Source of the DNA: Haplodiscus bocki | Lineage: Eukaryota | Assembly (NCBI GenBank): GCA_965655095.1 | Contig: OZ296654.1 | Location: 77,004,001-77,068,000, forward strand | Length of the DNA: 64,000 bases | Direction: 5' to 3' | Shown here: positions 25,201 through 40,200 of the stretch, one piece after another | Numbering within the stretch: position 1 is the stretch's first letter | Layout: every line of letters starts with the position of its first letter | The notes under the pieces: generated by a model | The model's database searches: none | Seen by the model: the letters and a program-made list of their open reading frames with translations, nothing else | Told to the model about the DNA's origin: nothing | Made by a program: the position numbers and the translations under genes

Positions 25201-28200
25201 AAATAAGCATCGTCGACAAAACAACTTGTTCAACTATTCCACATGAAAATGAGTTAATACGAACAAATAACAAGTTTACAAAAGGTGTACTTGTATATCT
25301 TGGACTTGACAATCAATTGAATACGTAGTTTTACGTTTCTAGACCCAATTTTGAAAATATCGGGAAGAATGGCTGATGTGGAGAGGGCGAAAAGTGCAAT
25401 ATATGACAAGCTGAGTCCCCGGGTAAGTTGAAAGAATTGCTTTTAATTGAAAGGAATAGGGTTTCCGAATAATTAATTGAAATACAAAAGCATTTCGTTA
25501 CTATCTGATTTCCGCATGTTATTCACCAAACGTTTGTTGCCGCGATTTTGATGTTCTATCAAGAAAAAAGACGTAACGCGATGAAAGTGTGTAGTGTGTA
25601 CCGTTTTTATGCTAAACCAACAATCATTATTAGGTTCGAGTTTCTTTAATGGAGAACTTGCCGATCCGATATTTCTATTGATATATTTGTATTGATACGT
25701 GAAGTATTGATATACTTGAATTGGAAATATTGATATACTTGAATTGGAAATCAGTGCGCACTTGCAGTTCGGTGGCAGGACAAAATCCCAAAACCAAAAT
25801 ACCCAAAGTCCTAAAATACCCACAATTGAAATACCCATACTAATTAAATAATTAACTGCGTCTTGAACTAAATGTTTCAAGACGCCTCTAATTACTTCTA
25901 AATACTCAAAGTTTATTCATGTTTTAAAATATTGGTGCTGACCAAATAAAATACCACAAGTCAAAATAGTCTCACAAAATTACCTTGATCAGAAAAATTC
26001 AAGAAGTTCAAAAAATTGGGTATACACGGGGGGTACCCCACAAAATAGTAATTCCGCTCATAAATTTTTCGACACTGAGACAAATTTGTAATTCACCTCT
26101 CAAAATTTTTGCACTGTGATACAAAATTATAATTCACATCTTAAATTCGCTTCTCAAATTTTCGATACTCTGGAAAACTTTAATTTTCAAGATGGCGAGC
26201 TTTTGCAAAGAGGATCATAGATGTGGTGGTAATTTTGTACAGTGTATTTATAAGGGCGTATAGAAGTTTATTGTAAGAAGCAATAATATTTAGCATCACA
26301 ACTAAGGTATCAATTAAGTAATTATTCAATATTCAATTATTTTGGGTACTTTTAATCTTAAGACGCTTTTAATTATTTATTTGGTATTGTTTTTTTCAAC
26401 ATTGGGTATTTTGGGACTTTGGGTATTTTGGGGTGGAACCCTGGCAGTTCAAAACTTTTCATAAATTCGTTCCATTCCTGTCGAATATTCTTGTAGTGTT
26501 TTGACATGAGCAAGTACACTAATTAATTTTTGCCGATAATCTGTGTTTTAAAAGTTTCCACAAATTGGGCCTTTGTATGCAAATCATATGGCAACAATAT
26601 AATAGTTTCAAATCTTCAAGAAACATTCAGGGTGATATATTTTTGGTTTTGTTGCCTGTGGTTCTTTTGTATTCGGAGCAACCCATATCAGGCTACTTGA
26701 ATTTCCCTAATTTGCTGAACAGTTGCGATTACAATCTTAATATCCTACTTTTGTCACTTGAAAATGTCGACTTTCAGCTTCTTGTCACTTTACTTTGATT
26801 TGTAGACATATTCTGTAGTTCTAGTTTTTCACCTTCACACAATACTAGCGTGTCTATTTATAACCATTTATAAGCAGTCAATAGTTTTATTGCACTGAAA
26901 CGTACCCCGGTGGAATCTGTATCCTACGCAATCTCGTGTTAACTCAACAAATTCTTTGCAACTAAGGCTGTAAAGTTATTTGAAACTAATCAAATTTGAT
27001 CCATTTTGACGTCCTGCGATTGATTACGTAACCATGACTCCACCGGTGACCGGTTGTTCACCACGGATCCAGAACTTGGAAGTTCCACTTTTATGCAAGG
27101 TATCACTGCGTGTAATGTTTAGAGCGCCTAACTTGAGCAGGTGGTGTTTTCCGCGGCGTCAACAAATTTGAATAATCTATTTTTGAAGAGTGGGAATAAT
27201 TAGTCACCAAATTGTAGCTTTTGAGATCTAATAAGATTGTGGTTAAACGTGTAGGTCCTGGATCTTGAGAGGATTTGCCACAGTCAGTTTAAAACCCCCT
27301 GAGAGTATATTAATTCTGAGAGTAATAAATTGCGCGGGTTTAAGTTGTCTCTCAACAAACCAGCGGTGTCCCCGTTTCTGAATCCCTCTCCCAAATTTAA
27401 TCCCCAACTCCCAGGGAATCGAAGCAACAAATTGAGAATTAGTTTCTTCCTTCTTCCTTTAACCGACTAAGAATCAGCGAGGTTGGAGAGTCGGAGTCGA
27501 AAGGAGTCCCATCTGAAACCTGACTGATTTGTCTTCCTGGTCCAACTTTTGATCCTTTTTATTCCTCACTCAATTCCACCTCCCCCATTCTTATTGTGCT
27601 TCATTTTCTGGCAAACAAACCAAACTAAACGAAGCACTCATTTGCTACTCTGTGTTTGTATTGAGTTAATGTTGACAACACATGAACTGAAGCAGGTTGC
27701 TGCTCGTCGATTTGCTCTTCCCGCTTCGGTTTCTGCTCCAGATTCGGATTCTGATCAACCTGTTCTGCAGCAATCAGCTTCCTTTGTTACACTTTCGTCT
27801 GCGAACTTATTGCCATACAAGCTGCTTTTGCTACCTCGACAGCAGCAGTTTCCAAGTTTACCTTACCCCCTGCCGTCTCTTCGATTGACCTGCGAGTGAC
27901 ACGAGAGCGCGGAGAAGAGTAATCAGTTAAAATGAGATACTCAACCAAGGTATATTAAGTTTTCGCAAATATCTTACATTCACGCTTTTGCATGCTTCAT
28001 GATAATTGCATGATTCCAGGTTGTACCACTGTCTCAGGTGCTTCTGGCGTAGCCTACAAATGATCATTTTCGTTTGATTTCTGGGTTTTCAGTTTTGTCG
28101 GAAGAGCTACTGTGGAAGAATGAGGCTTGTTGCTTGGTTGAGTTTTTTGAATTTTTGTTCATGATGATACTTCTAAAACCTTCATAGTTCTCAATGCTGT

Positions 28201-31200
28201 TTCTCTGAATCGTCGGAATTAATCCTCATTAGTTTTTGATATGTTTTGGAACCAACGGAATCGAGCGGGGCTTGTTCTTTCACTATTGACTCTGCTATCC
28301 GGGTGTCAATTTATGAATTAATTTTAACGTTTTTATTGACAAATTCTCAACGTTTAGCAGCTATTTGTGAGCAACTATGAAAATAGGTTTACAATGGTGC
28401 AATGCTTATGTTTGCAATTATTTGTGACTGACTCAGGATTTTTTTTTCTGCAAAAGACCTAGTTTCAACTTGACTGGTTTGGCATTTGAACGATTTAAAT
28501 GTCAGTTGGTCAAAGACTCTAATTTAGTTTCAAAAAATGCTTAGTTAGTGCTGAATTTTTAGGATCAGTCTCGAAAATCTCAGTAACCCCGTATGTAGTG
28601 TTTTTATTCGCGGGCATTAATGCAATGTCTGCACACAAAATGGAGAATGTCTGAAGAGCAAAAACTTGACATTCTGTTTGTCAAAAACAATCACCTAGCG
28701 GACTAAGTATCAAAAACTAGGAACTAGGCACAAGAGGAAAACTAGCTGACCCACAGAAAGGTATGCCTGGTTGCTCATTTTTAGCAGTCATATTTAAAAT
28801 AGCGTTTAACTTAAACGTGCACCGTTTTTGATGGGTCATTAACTGATGAATCACCTGGTAGATGGACCAAAAGAAACTGATCATTTTGGCATGTTTAGCA
28901 ACAAGGTGAGAGCAGTAGAAAACGTGTGAGCAACGCATTAACGGTAGTCCCTTTTTTCCATCGTAATTTATTTTACGAAAGGAAAATCATTCAGTCGATT
29001 GAGTTGCCAATTCGGAGTGAACATGTTCACGTTTTCGTTCTGAAAAACCCAAAGTGTTTCTCTGGTAGAATGCATATTGAAAACCCTACAATAAGTTTCG
29101 TCCTCAATTTTCGTTTTTTTATGCCGTCCGATAACTTTTTCATAGTTTTCTTTTCGGTGAAAACTTGAAAGCCGAGTTAATTTCGACCAATTTGACCGAA
29201 GTCGTCATTTTATAGGTCGTTTACATCCACATGTAGGGCTCTAAATTGTCTGAATTTTGCGCTGGCTGAACAAGAGGACTCTGTTCTATCACACAGTATA
29301 TTTGGCTCTGGTCCGGCGTTTCTTTTATTTTCTGCGAACGAAACTTGAAGAAACTATTTTGTATCACATACCATTTTTTTATTGGCGTTCCGACATTTTT
29401 TGATAGTTTTTTTTGGCGAAAGAGTTATGAAAATCTGAACTACTTTGACAATAATTGTCAGAATATAAAGAGTTCATTTCCGAATGTAGGGCTCCAAATT
29501 AACTGCATTTTAGTCAAGTTTTACGATAAGACTGTGTTTTATCATCTAAACTTCAATATCATCTAAACTTCAATTGCATTGCCGCAATTTTTCGATCGAT
29601 TTTTTTTTGTTGAACTTCGAGTGTTTTCCCGGGTTTTTCGAAGATTTCTTTTGATTTGATTCCTAGCATTTCAATTTACTTTAGTTTTGAACAGCCGTTA
29701 CAAAAAACCTCAAATCTCGTTTGTAGTTAATTTGTTTGCGGTGACGAAGTTCTTCGATAGTTTTTTTCGAACAGATCTGGAAAATCGAGCTTCCGACATT
29801 TTCCGTGAGTTTTTTATTCCATGTACTGGAAGAAGATCCGAGAAACACGCTTAGTTTTCATGGCATAGGAATAGTGCACGAATTATTAATCTAGTTGCTT
29901 TGTTTGCTGATAGTTTTTGTTATATTTTTATGCCAAGAATCTTAAAATCGAGGTTTTTGGTTTCCCGAAAAATATTTGTCAAGCTGAGGTCTTTTATTTT
30001 GGAACCTGGGTCTTCAACTTCCTTGAAATTTGTATAATTTCAATCAAAGACTCCGATTTTAGAGATAGTAGTTTTTCGTTTCGGTGACAATATTTTTCGA
30101 TAAGTTTTTTTCGAGAAAAAATTTTGAAAACCGTTCAATACTTTTGTCAATTTGATATCTTTTATTTTGGAAGTAATTCCAAAAAAGAGTACAAGTTTTG
30201 CACATAATTGATGGACGAGCTTACTCCAGTGTCTTTTACAGTTTGAATGCGTTCACAGATTACAAAACGTTTCGATGCGTTATTTAGCGAGAAACTTGAA
30301 AGTCGATCTATTTTCAGGAACTTTTATCGTCAATTTTGAAACTATGTCCTGAATGATCAGCCTCAAAGAAGCCCAGATTCTCTATTGGCATAACAAAGGG
30401 ACTTCAGTTTTTTATTTATCAACTTGTGTTTTTCGGTCATATAACGTGATAATCGGCCTATTTTTGTTATGAACTTCTTGTCGAGTTTCATCATCTTGGG
30501 GCATTTACAACTAAAAACTAACAAATTTCCTCAAAAATGGAACATTGAGGCTCCAAACATTCACCTAATATTTTTGGATCCGGAAGTTTTTCAATATATT
30601 TTTAACGAAATAAACCTCCAGAGAAGGTTTTTTTGGCCACTTGGAAGCTATGTGAATCTTCAGTCCTATATCCTGGAAGCTAGGACTGAAGATTAGGTCG
30701 ATTTGGCTTGGTAAAAAGATACACAATCCCTTCTTTGCAAGCTATATTTTAGTTGCAATCAGATCTTTTTTTATAGGTTTTCTTCAAAAAACTAAAATCT
30801 ATCTATTTTGATTACATTGTAAAAGCTTTGTCAAATCCTTCTTGTACCGAAGTTTCCTTTGAAAGGTGATGGCACAATTTTTTTGGCTTTTGAGAAGCTC
30901 CTGCTGGGAGCTTAACTCTGAGCCATTGGTGCGTTTTTTTTGTTCCGTTTCGTCCGACTGAAAATGACGAAACTGTTATTAATATCTACGTTTTCAAACT
31001 CTTTCTCCACAACCAGGTGCTTGAAATTTTCCATCAAGGACTGAAACGACACCTCCCTACTTGAACAGAAGAATTCCATAGAAAATTGATGGATGTTGAT
31101 CTTTGCGTCGGAATCCTGATAGTCCAAAAACGAAAGTCATATTTTTCTGTAGAATTCTGTAGAAAGGTCATCGACTCGAATTGCTTGATTTTTGCGCAAA

Positions 31201-34200
31201 TAAGACCTTTGATGATAGGCCGAAAAGTAACTGTTACTGTCACTTCAAATTCACAATACTTAGAGCTCTTCTGCGATATAACACTGCTTGCGCTAGTGTG
31301 ATAAATTTTCATCTATTATAATAGAAAAATACAAATTGAATCAAACAATAAAGGTCTGATTTCTTCCGACGAGGTCTCAATCGAAAACCACTTATTATAT
31401 GTTCGATCAATCGTTGCTACACGTCTTTGAAGGAAAATATCGCAGTGTGACTGTGCGTCTCGTTTGTTGATTCACTCATTAGGTGTTCCAAAAAACGTTA
31501 CTGGTAAAGAAACTCGAGCTCAAAATGGCTGATATTATTAATAACCAATGCATCAAAACTGCATATGATTTCCCTTGAATTAGATCACATTTGTGCTCTA
31601 CAGTTGTTAGAGAATGGTCATTAGCAGTCCTGGGGATTATAGTCGAACGTCGGGCATGAATGCTCTCGAAGTGGGCTCTAATTCACTCGGACATGTAATG
31701 ACCATTCTCTAACGTATACGAGAAGGTGTAGCCTCATCAGAAAGTGAATGAATAGTTGATTATGGGAGTCGGCAAAAAAGCGAAACGTTGACTATGGGTT
31801 TGTATTTAGTTCTATCAGCGATCGTGTTTGGAAATTGTCAACTGCTTGACGAGACCAAACCTATAAAGTTAAAGGGTCTGATAGAACTGAAATCAAATAG
31901 GGTAGTTGCAATTGATGGACTGTTGTCACGATGTTTCAGTTTGCTGTTTTCTTGTTTTGAAAGTTGTTTTGGTGAAACTAGTTGAAAGCTATCATGCACT
32001 TGTGATATAAGTTTGCGATTACGAAATAAGATTGATGTATGCTTATGTATGAGTAGGGTGGTCCGGGGAGCAAGGTGGTGTTGAAGATAGACATTGGGCA
32101 CATGGAGCACTCGCACATAATCGGCAAGAGTGGCAACTCGATCAAGGCCGTGATGGAGAAGACCAAGTGCCACATCCACTTCCCTGACTCCAACAGAACC
32201 AACACGGAAGAAAAGAGCAACCAAGTCAGCATATCTGGAGAAATACACAACGTCGAACAGGCCAGAGAAATACTCAGGGTTAGTCGAAATTCCATTTATA
32301 ATATTCACGTGACAAAGCTACATCAGGATGACATTTTCAATAATTAATTTTTCATGAACCAGTTGAAACTGCAGTCATGCCGAGAGTTGCCGAAGAGACT
32401 GAAGTCGCAGAATTTTTGCGCCTGAAATCTTAAATGTTCATACGATAGATTTCAATGCTTTCAATTTTGCTTGGAACCATCGTTAAAGCAACGACCTGAA
32501 TTGAGTATTGATCTAAAAAGACTACGCTTGGGCTAGAATTCATTCACGTTTGAAAACAACCATGCTTCTTCAGCCGCAAATTCTTGGGCAACTTTTGGAC
32601 GTGAGCTTAAAACACCCCACTATTCTGAAATTTAAAATGATCGTAGTCGCGTACTTGGAAGCATGCAATGACAGCCTTTCATGAGCATCGCTTTGTTTTT
32701 GGGCGAATAAATCATACAGTTATGATTAATGAAATTTCATCGAGGTTCGAATCCTAATTTTTCAAGTTTTCAACTCCAATTTGCAGCTTTTTGTGATTAA
32801 TCTTTTTTTGTGACTTCAGAACATGCAGCAAGTGGAATTATCGTTCGAGTTACCTCTTGCGGCTATTATCAACACGGCGTCCCCCGCAATTCCAGGGCAA
32901 TCCAGACCACCTTTTTCACCCACAGGAACTGGCGCGGGAAGTTCAACTGGACTAGCCGATATTTCCAACCCTGTTGTCCAGAAGATTGGCCAAAAATACG
33001 AAATCAACATATCAGTGGAACGAGCCATTGCAAACAGACCATACGATGACGGTGTTTACGACACACCTCCACCTGTGGTGTTGTGTACTACCAAGGGGTC
33101 AGTCAGTAATTTGGAAAAAGTGAAGGCGGGCACTCGTGAATTGATTGATTACTTGACTCAGAACTGCACAGTCAGTATTTCCCTTTTTCAAGGAATGACG
33201 ACTCCAAAATCACCAACTTACTTATCTCTCAAAATCATCTGTTAAGCTTTTACGCATGCAAAATAAAGGAATCGTCGCGATTGTCAGAGTTAGGTTAAAA
33301 TTGGAAAATGTTCAAAAAATTGATTGATGCATTTGTGAGATTCCATTATTTTCCGACAAATTTATCATGTGGCAGGAAATTTATTCTCGCCCTGGACTTT
33401 TGCATTACCTTGCTAAGTGCATGATTCTGGAAGGAAGTGCACGACTATGGCTTCATACCACCTAAGTAGGGTAAATTTGCCGTAAAATGTGTATAAAATA
33501 GTGAAGCACTGTGGTTTTCGCTATTTAATAAGTATACTCATGGGGGAAAAATTCGAAGATTTCAAATTTCAAAACCGAAGGCTATTTTCTTCGAATTTCT
33601 GGCAACTTTGTGATCAAAATATCCTGGTGGTAAACTGGCCGTATTGTTTAATATCTTACTCAAAAATGCCGAAATGACCTTTCGTGAATCATGAACTCAT
33701 TGTGAAATATTTGAAAGTCCATTTCTAGAGTTGACAGTCTTGATGTATTCCAGGCGTTTTTCTGCATTTCGAAGTACAAATCCAACTGGTCATTTTAGAA
33801 CATAAATATTATAAAGCAGAACTTTGAAGTAAGTTTCTCTTAGTGGTTTGATTCAGAACCTTGGTTTTTGATGTCTGTCGACGGTTGAATTTAATTTGAA
33901 TTGCCTGTAACTGAACGGTGCAAGATTAGTGACTTATGTTTGAATTGAAACTGAATCGTGAAACGTGTTGACGTCTGTTTAACTTGTGTACGTTTGAGTA
34001 ACTTCGTCGTGTCTGTGTTGTCATTTGATAGAACTGTTCAAAATTGAAACTGAAGTGGTGTAAAAAGTGATGAAAGCTTGGTGACTTTTTTCTTATGCTT
34101 TACTTTACTGGTGAAGACTATAGTGCAGTTTGATGATTACATGCAAATGGTGCATGTGTGATGTTTTCAACTTTTTTGAAAGTGACTGAAAAATTGCCCC

Positions 34201-37200
34201 CTAAAACAGACACCAGAAATTTATAAACCAGATGAAAATCATTTCACGCAAAGCTTCTCCGTATTTGATGATCGCAACTGGTGTCTAGTTGGCGCAAAAT
34301 AAACCAATCCGATACCGGTCGACTGGCCGGTGCTTGGCGGTTATTAGAATTTGTGGTCAAAGACATACTGAAAGATGAAGGGTTACTGATCAATTAGCCG
34401 ACCGCTCAATGAACCGAATGTGCTATTGAACAAATTTGCATTGCGCGTGTTTGACTTCCGCTCATCGGTCGGAATTATTACGTAACCGAATCACACTACC
34501 AGGCCCTACAAAAATTCGCGGCGTGAATTTAGTGCGATTTTGGACCAATTGGAAGCGTCCGCGAATTTAAGCTATTTTTGAAATAGTTCCGCGAATAAGT
34601 TGAGAAAAATGGATTTTTGAGGTTTCATTCATGAAGTGTCAACTAACAAGTTTCTGGATTTCGAAGACCATTAGTTTCTGATTTTGTCGAAAAAAACTCT
34701 GCTAACTATCGGAAGCTATTTCAACAATTGAACGCGAATGGCTTTTTTAAATTCTGCAACTGTTCAACAAAAAACGGTACCTCAGAGAAGAAACTTTTAA
34801 AAAAACTTCGCAAATTTCACCGATTTTCTTGAAAATTAGACAATTTTAGCGCGAATTTAGTATTTGAGCGCGATTTTTTCGCGAATTTTGCTGTCAAAAC
34901 TCCGAATTTTTGTAGGGCCTGCACACTACCTCAGCCAATAATATTTTGGAAGTAAGCTAAATTCGGCTCGTTGAACCATCTGTTAACAGATCCGTCGGCC
35001 AGTTGATGTGTCACCTGAAATGAACACATGTGTCACATGACGTCATTCAGTTTCAGATCTGATAGGTTGAAACGGTGTTTTAATTGATAGTGCTTTTCAG
35101 TTCCCGATAGTGGTGACATCAACAATGGACGTTAGTCCGCAGCATCAGAATTTTGTGTTCGGAAAGGACAGGTTCCAAGTGCAACGAATAATCAACACAG
35201 CTGGTTGTTTTGTGGGCGTGCCACAGTTTTTAAACGGGGACCAGCCTCTTACGCCCAGACAAAAAGCAATTGTGTACATCGTGGGAAACATTGATAACGT
35301 CATTGCTGCTCGACAACTCCTTGTGGTATGCTGTGTTGATTCACTACAGTCTTGAAACTTGGAGTAAAACCTGCGATCATCCGGATTGACTGGGAGGGAA
35401 AATTTTTGAATGGTGTCAGGTCAAAATCTCCTGTGCCAAAGAACAATTATTGAATAAAGCTATTGGCTTAAGAAATTGAATAATTGAAGAAATCAAATAA
35501 TTGAGCTGAAGTAATTTAGGCTAATTACCTCTAATTATTTAACTAAGACTACCATTACAAGTCACATTAGGTATTATGGCATGTAACCGGTATTCCAAAG
35601 CCTCAAAGATTAGTTTTAGAAGATTAGTTTTAGAACGATCCAGTATTTTTATAAGTGAAAAAGCTTCACAAAAAAGCTATTTAATTCGAATTTCTCCAAA
35701 TTAACTTCTATTTGTGTCTATATCAGTATATGTACTAAACTGCTGCTCAACATGTACTGTTTGATTTTGGATGATTCTAGATCCCGAAAAGTCAAATCGC
35801 GAAATGAAATTGTTGAAATTGCAAAAATCGCAATTTTTGCCTGCTGTTCATGGGCTTCAGCGCAATATCAAGTTCCTGTACCTCTGAAGCGTACATCTTT
35901 CGTAGATCAAAGTTAACGGCATTAAAGCGCGCTTGCGTCGTTAGTTGAGGATTTTTTTCAAATTCATAGCCATGAAGCAATACAATATTTTCCGCTTCAT
36001 ACCTTTGTAAAAAAGTTGAGACGAAGTGTTAATGTTGACATTGCATCTCCAGGGGGCGGATTATAAGTGGATAAAAATTCCAGAATAATTATTCTTTTAG
36101 GTGCCAAAACCGTTAAAATAGGTGCTATTATGCAGTCAAATCTTACCTGAAAAGCTTTCGGAAAGAGAAAAATTTCTATTGAAAAATGCCAAAATTTCGA
36201 AAAAAGTGAAATAGAAGGAAAATTCGACGTTCTGATTTTTCCGTCTAAAATTCTAGCAAAGATCTCTGATTTTTTTTTGTGTACAAGTGTGGAAAATGAG
36301 GCTACATTTGACGTTATAGGTGCTGAGAGGTACTTTCGAAAATCGGTGTTTTATGCTTAAAATGGCAAAATATCAACTAATTTGTTTGTTTTTGGACGTA
36401 GAAGCTAAAAGCCGCCCTCTGAGAATGACGTTTAGGTTTAGTAATTTGTGAAACCTTGAAGTGGCGAACGTGATTGAAGAGAAGTATGAATACCTTAAAA
36501 GTTAAAATCTTTGAACCAGAAGAAAACACGGAGACACGCAAACATTTATTTTTTACAAGCAAGCAAAGCTAGTTTTTATATCAGACTTTTTTCCCAATTC
36601 GTCGACAACTCGCACAAGGCCCTAAGTTTTTGCCAAAGAGGGCTGAATGTCCTAGGCTCGAATCAGGGTTCTTTGGCGCCGCAGTCGTATGCTCTGCTGA
36701 CTGTGCCATTGCCGCTTGAGTTTCAGTATTTTAAAATATCAAGCGAATGAAATATTATAACATGTCTTACATGTCATGTACAAGAATAACTGAGTTTCTC
36801 TACACTTGTTATCATTATCAATACTATTGATAGTATCGTGACCACTTCAAAAATCAGTTATATTTGGTCGATTTGTTCACTAGTATTTCGTTGGCGCAAG
36901 TGCTGCGAAGCAGAGCTCCGCCTCTGTGATGAATATTTTCCGGTCTTCACAAAAGTGCTTATTCGGTGCAAAACGAGTATAATTTGGCTGATATGCGCCT
37001 TCAACTGTAGCTGAGATAATGAACCGACTTTCTCTGAGATTAGTTCCCACGATTTTAACCAATTACACATTTTGATTATTGCGTGTTTGAGAGATCGTCA
37101 TTTTTAAACCGATTGTAACTGGGAGTAAACGCTATCTTGCTTTTAATTTCATACCAAGTTATAGCAATTTCTTGGCTGTCACAAAGGTATTGGTCTGTGT

Positions 37201-40200
37201 TTTGTTTCTTAATTGTTGAGTTTGCTAAATGGTTTTCAGGGTCAATTGCCTGTGATATTTATGTTTGATGTGAATGGAGACATCACGCGAGAACAACAGA
37301 GACTTGAGGAGTTGGGCAATCGATTTGACAGCACTGTAAACGTCAAGTTCAGACCCAAGCAACAGACTTCGAACATTGTCATCAAGACACATGAGAGGAA
37401 CGTCGCGGCCTGTTATGAAATCAGACGCCTTTGTGGTAAGTGTCGGAATCTTTTTATACTTGAAAGAAAAAGGACCGTGATAATTGTAATTTATTCAGTT
37501 TTTTACAATTACCGTGTCGTTAGGGCTGCAATTTGAATGCTGCAACCCAAATCAGTATTTTTTATTTAAAAATAGTCTTTAAGTGTTCGATATTTGGAGA
37601 AATTCAAAATTGTGCGACTAACAGTGCGCAGTATTTCATCGCGAGCGTAACTGACTACAATGAGCTGAAATTTTTTGCTAAAGTGTGGACAAATAAAACA
37701 CAGGACTACTCAGAATTTAATCTTTATAAATTTTACATTGAAATATAAAAGCATGAAAATTTAGACGTATGCTTACATATTTATAACATATTTTCCAGAA
37801 TTTCGGCCATTTTTTTGAAGCCTTGATGTTTTGTGAGTATGAGAGGTTTCATAAACGTTTGAACTTGAAATACGTTTTCAGGATTTGATCAGGAGCCGAA
37901 CCCATGCGGAGAGCCGACAATTATTCCCACATTTGGTAACCGACCGAACTTGGGATCCACCGAAAACCTTCCCTCCGGAAGAAACACCAAAACTGTTCCT
38001 CCGGCCCCTCGATTTCATCATGAAACCAATAATTTGCTGCAAATGAAAAACAATGCTGCTTCTGCATTCGCTTCTCATTCTGATTCCAATAACGCTGCTG
38101 CTCGAGTGAACGCAGCGGCCGCAATGCAAAGTCAATGTAAGTATTCAAGTTGCTCTTATCTTCTTGCACGAGGGCAAGTTTGTCCTGCCAGTCTAAAACT
38201 CGGAAGGGATGGAAAACTGGTGAGTTTATAGTTTGTTCTAAATCCGTGATCCGTATTATGTGGGTATGGTATTAAAGCAAACCCAAAAAAATGGAATTAT
38301 TTGTCTTATTCAGTAGAAGCGAAAAGTAAGCGTTGAATACATAATCCTTCTGGTCATTTTAAATCTGACTGTTCTCAACTGACTTTTAAGCTAAGTGCTT
38401 GGCTTTTGATTAAGGTATAGTAAAAGCAAAGGAGATCGTGGCCGTTAATAGCTGTTCATTTCAGGAAATAATTGAATTGCAAAAGTAGAATGCATTCAAT
38501 GCCATGCCAACATATATTCATCTAGCTACGATACGTGACTCTTGCAGTAACGTATCTGATGGGCAAAGTTCATGAAACCAGTCTTTTAGATGCTCATTGG
38601 GGCACTCTCATCAAAGTTTTCCGGATGCATTTGGAAACGAATGTTAGAATTCAAAAACACTAAGCACTTAGGGGGATAAATTCCATCCATAGGGGAGCAA
38701 GATGTCGATGTCGTAGACCTTTCCCCCGGAAAAAATTCTCACTGACGACATGACATTGTAACGCCTTTCGCTTGTTGCGTTGTATGTATGTAACCAAACT
38801 GCGGTTGAAGAATCTACGCTATACGGTGTTTTGATAAAATTTGAACTTGCAATTATTCCCGAACCGTTCAAAGGAATCAATGTCTCGTGTATTATCACTT
38901 TTCTGAATGCTCAGTATTAGATTGAGATCGCGACTGCGTTCCGTTGGTTTTTTTTTGGTCAAGTGGTGGTTTCTTTCGTAACCGTGCCTCGAAATTGCAT
39001 CTGCAATCCTAAACTAACTGAGAATTACATGCGCTCAATTTCTTGCGCCAAAAAACATTTCGTGATACCCACTTCTCAAAGTCGACAAAAAAAAACAATT
39101 TTTGTGACACTTGGATTATAACGGAAAATTTTGGGCCTCGTTGACTCCAATGTTCCTGGCTTGTTGATGATGGTTTTTGAATGAAAGCGGTGTGGAAACT
39201 AACACATGTGGATCGAGGCGTTGAAGGGTTCGAGTTGCACATTCCTTTACTAGTTGAGGTGAGGTAACGCTTTTGAATTCGGAAACTTTTCTACCGAAAG
39301 TGTATGCTGATGATAATCAATCACCAGTTCTTCGATCATTTGATGTCCTCTGCTGAAATTTAGGTTCACATTATGATTGTTGTCAAGATATATTTTACAG
39401 TAATTAGGCAATTTTCACTTTGATGTTTCGACGAACAGTCCTCAGGATTGACAAGTGAGATGAGAAATTTCTTGAGCTGTGCTGACATCTTGTTGAATAA
39501 TAGACGTTTTGAGAGCTTGAAATTATATGTGTGACATTTGTTTTTGGCCGACCTAAACAGTGCAGAAACTGGAAAAAATCACTGGTTTCGGCACCGCCAA
39601 GTTTCAAGAACTCTCTGCACATGGTGTGAAAGCACATTTTCGTCAGTTTCTATATTTTTCCCAATAAGAAGTCGGACAGTGTGTTTTCGCTTCTCCCCAA
39701 TTTGCATCTTTTTCAGTTCAAGGGAAATGTGTCAGGGTTGTCTCATCTATGTTTTGTTAAGCTGCAAACTCCGGCTTATTATGGTCGACCCGCGTTCTTT
39801 GTATCGTTCGCAACTCGCACAGGTTGATAGCAAGATGAATCTAGTCTTTGTCAGGGATCATTTGGTCTAGTAGTTAATGACGACAGCAATGTCGGCCTGG
39901 GTACTCCGACTGGTTGTGTTCGAATCCCATCTCGACCAAACCTTTTCGTTTTTTTTTGCGTCCGATTGTTCAGCTTTTCGCAATTTGGCATCTTTTCATT
40001 TATTCATTTCAAAGTTTTCTGAATTTATTAGCTTTTCTGGCCGACTTTCGAAATTGAGATCAATTATCGACCGTTAAATCTATTTTGCCCCATTTTTTGG
40101 TCTTTTCCCTACTGCATTAAAGATCTCCGTGAAATTTGAAAGTTTTTTGAAAAACGTAAGTGATGTGTACAAATTCCGTATTTTCGCTGCTGTTTTTTTA

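Noticed and set aside
31838-32308. 156-aa minus-strand ORF
   Set aside because: Antisense shadow of BicC exon 5.
36651-36712. Functional tRNA gene (also 22955-23025, 62940-63000)
   Set aside because: A/B-box-like motifs but no convincing cloverleaf; embedded in dispersed repeats.
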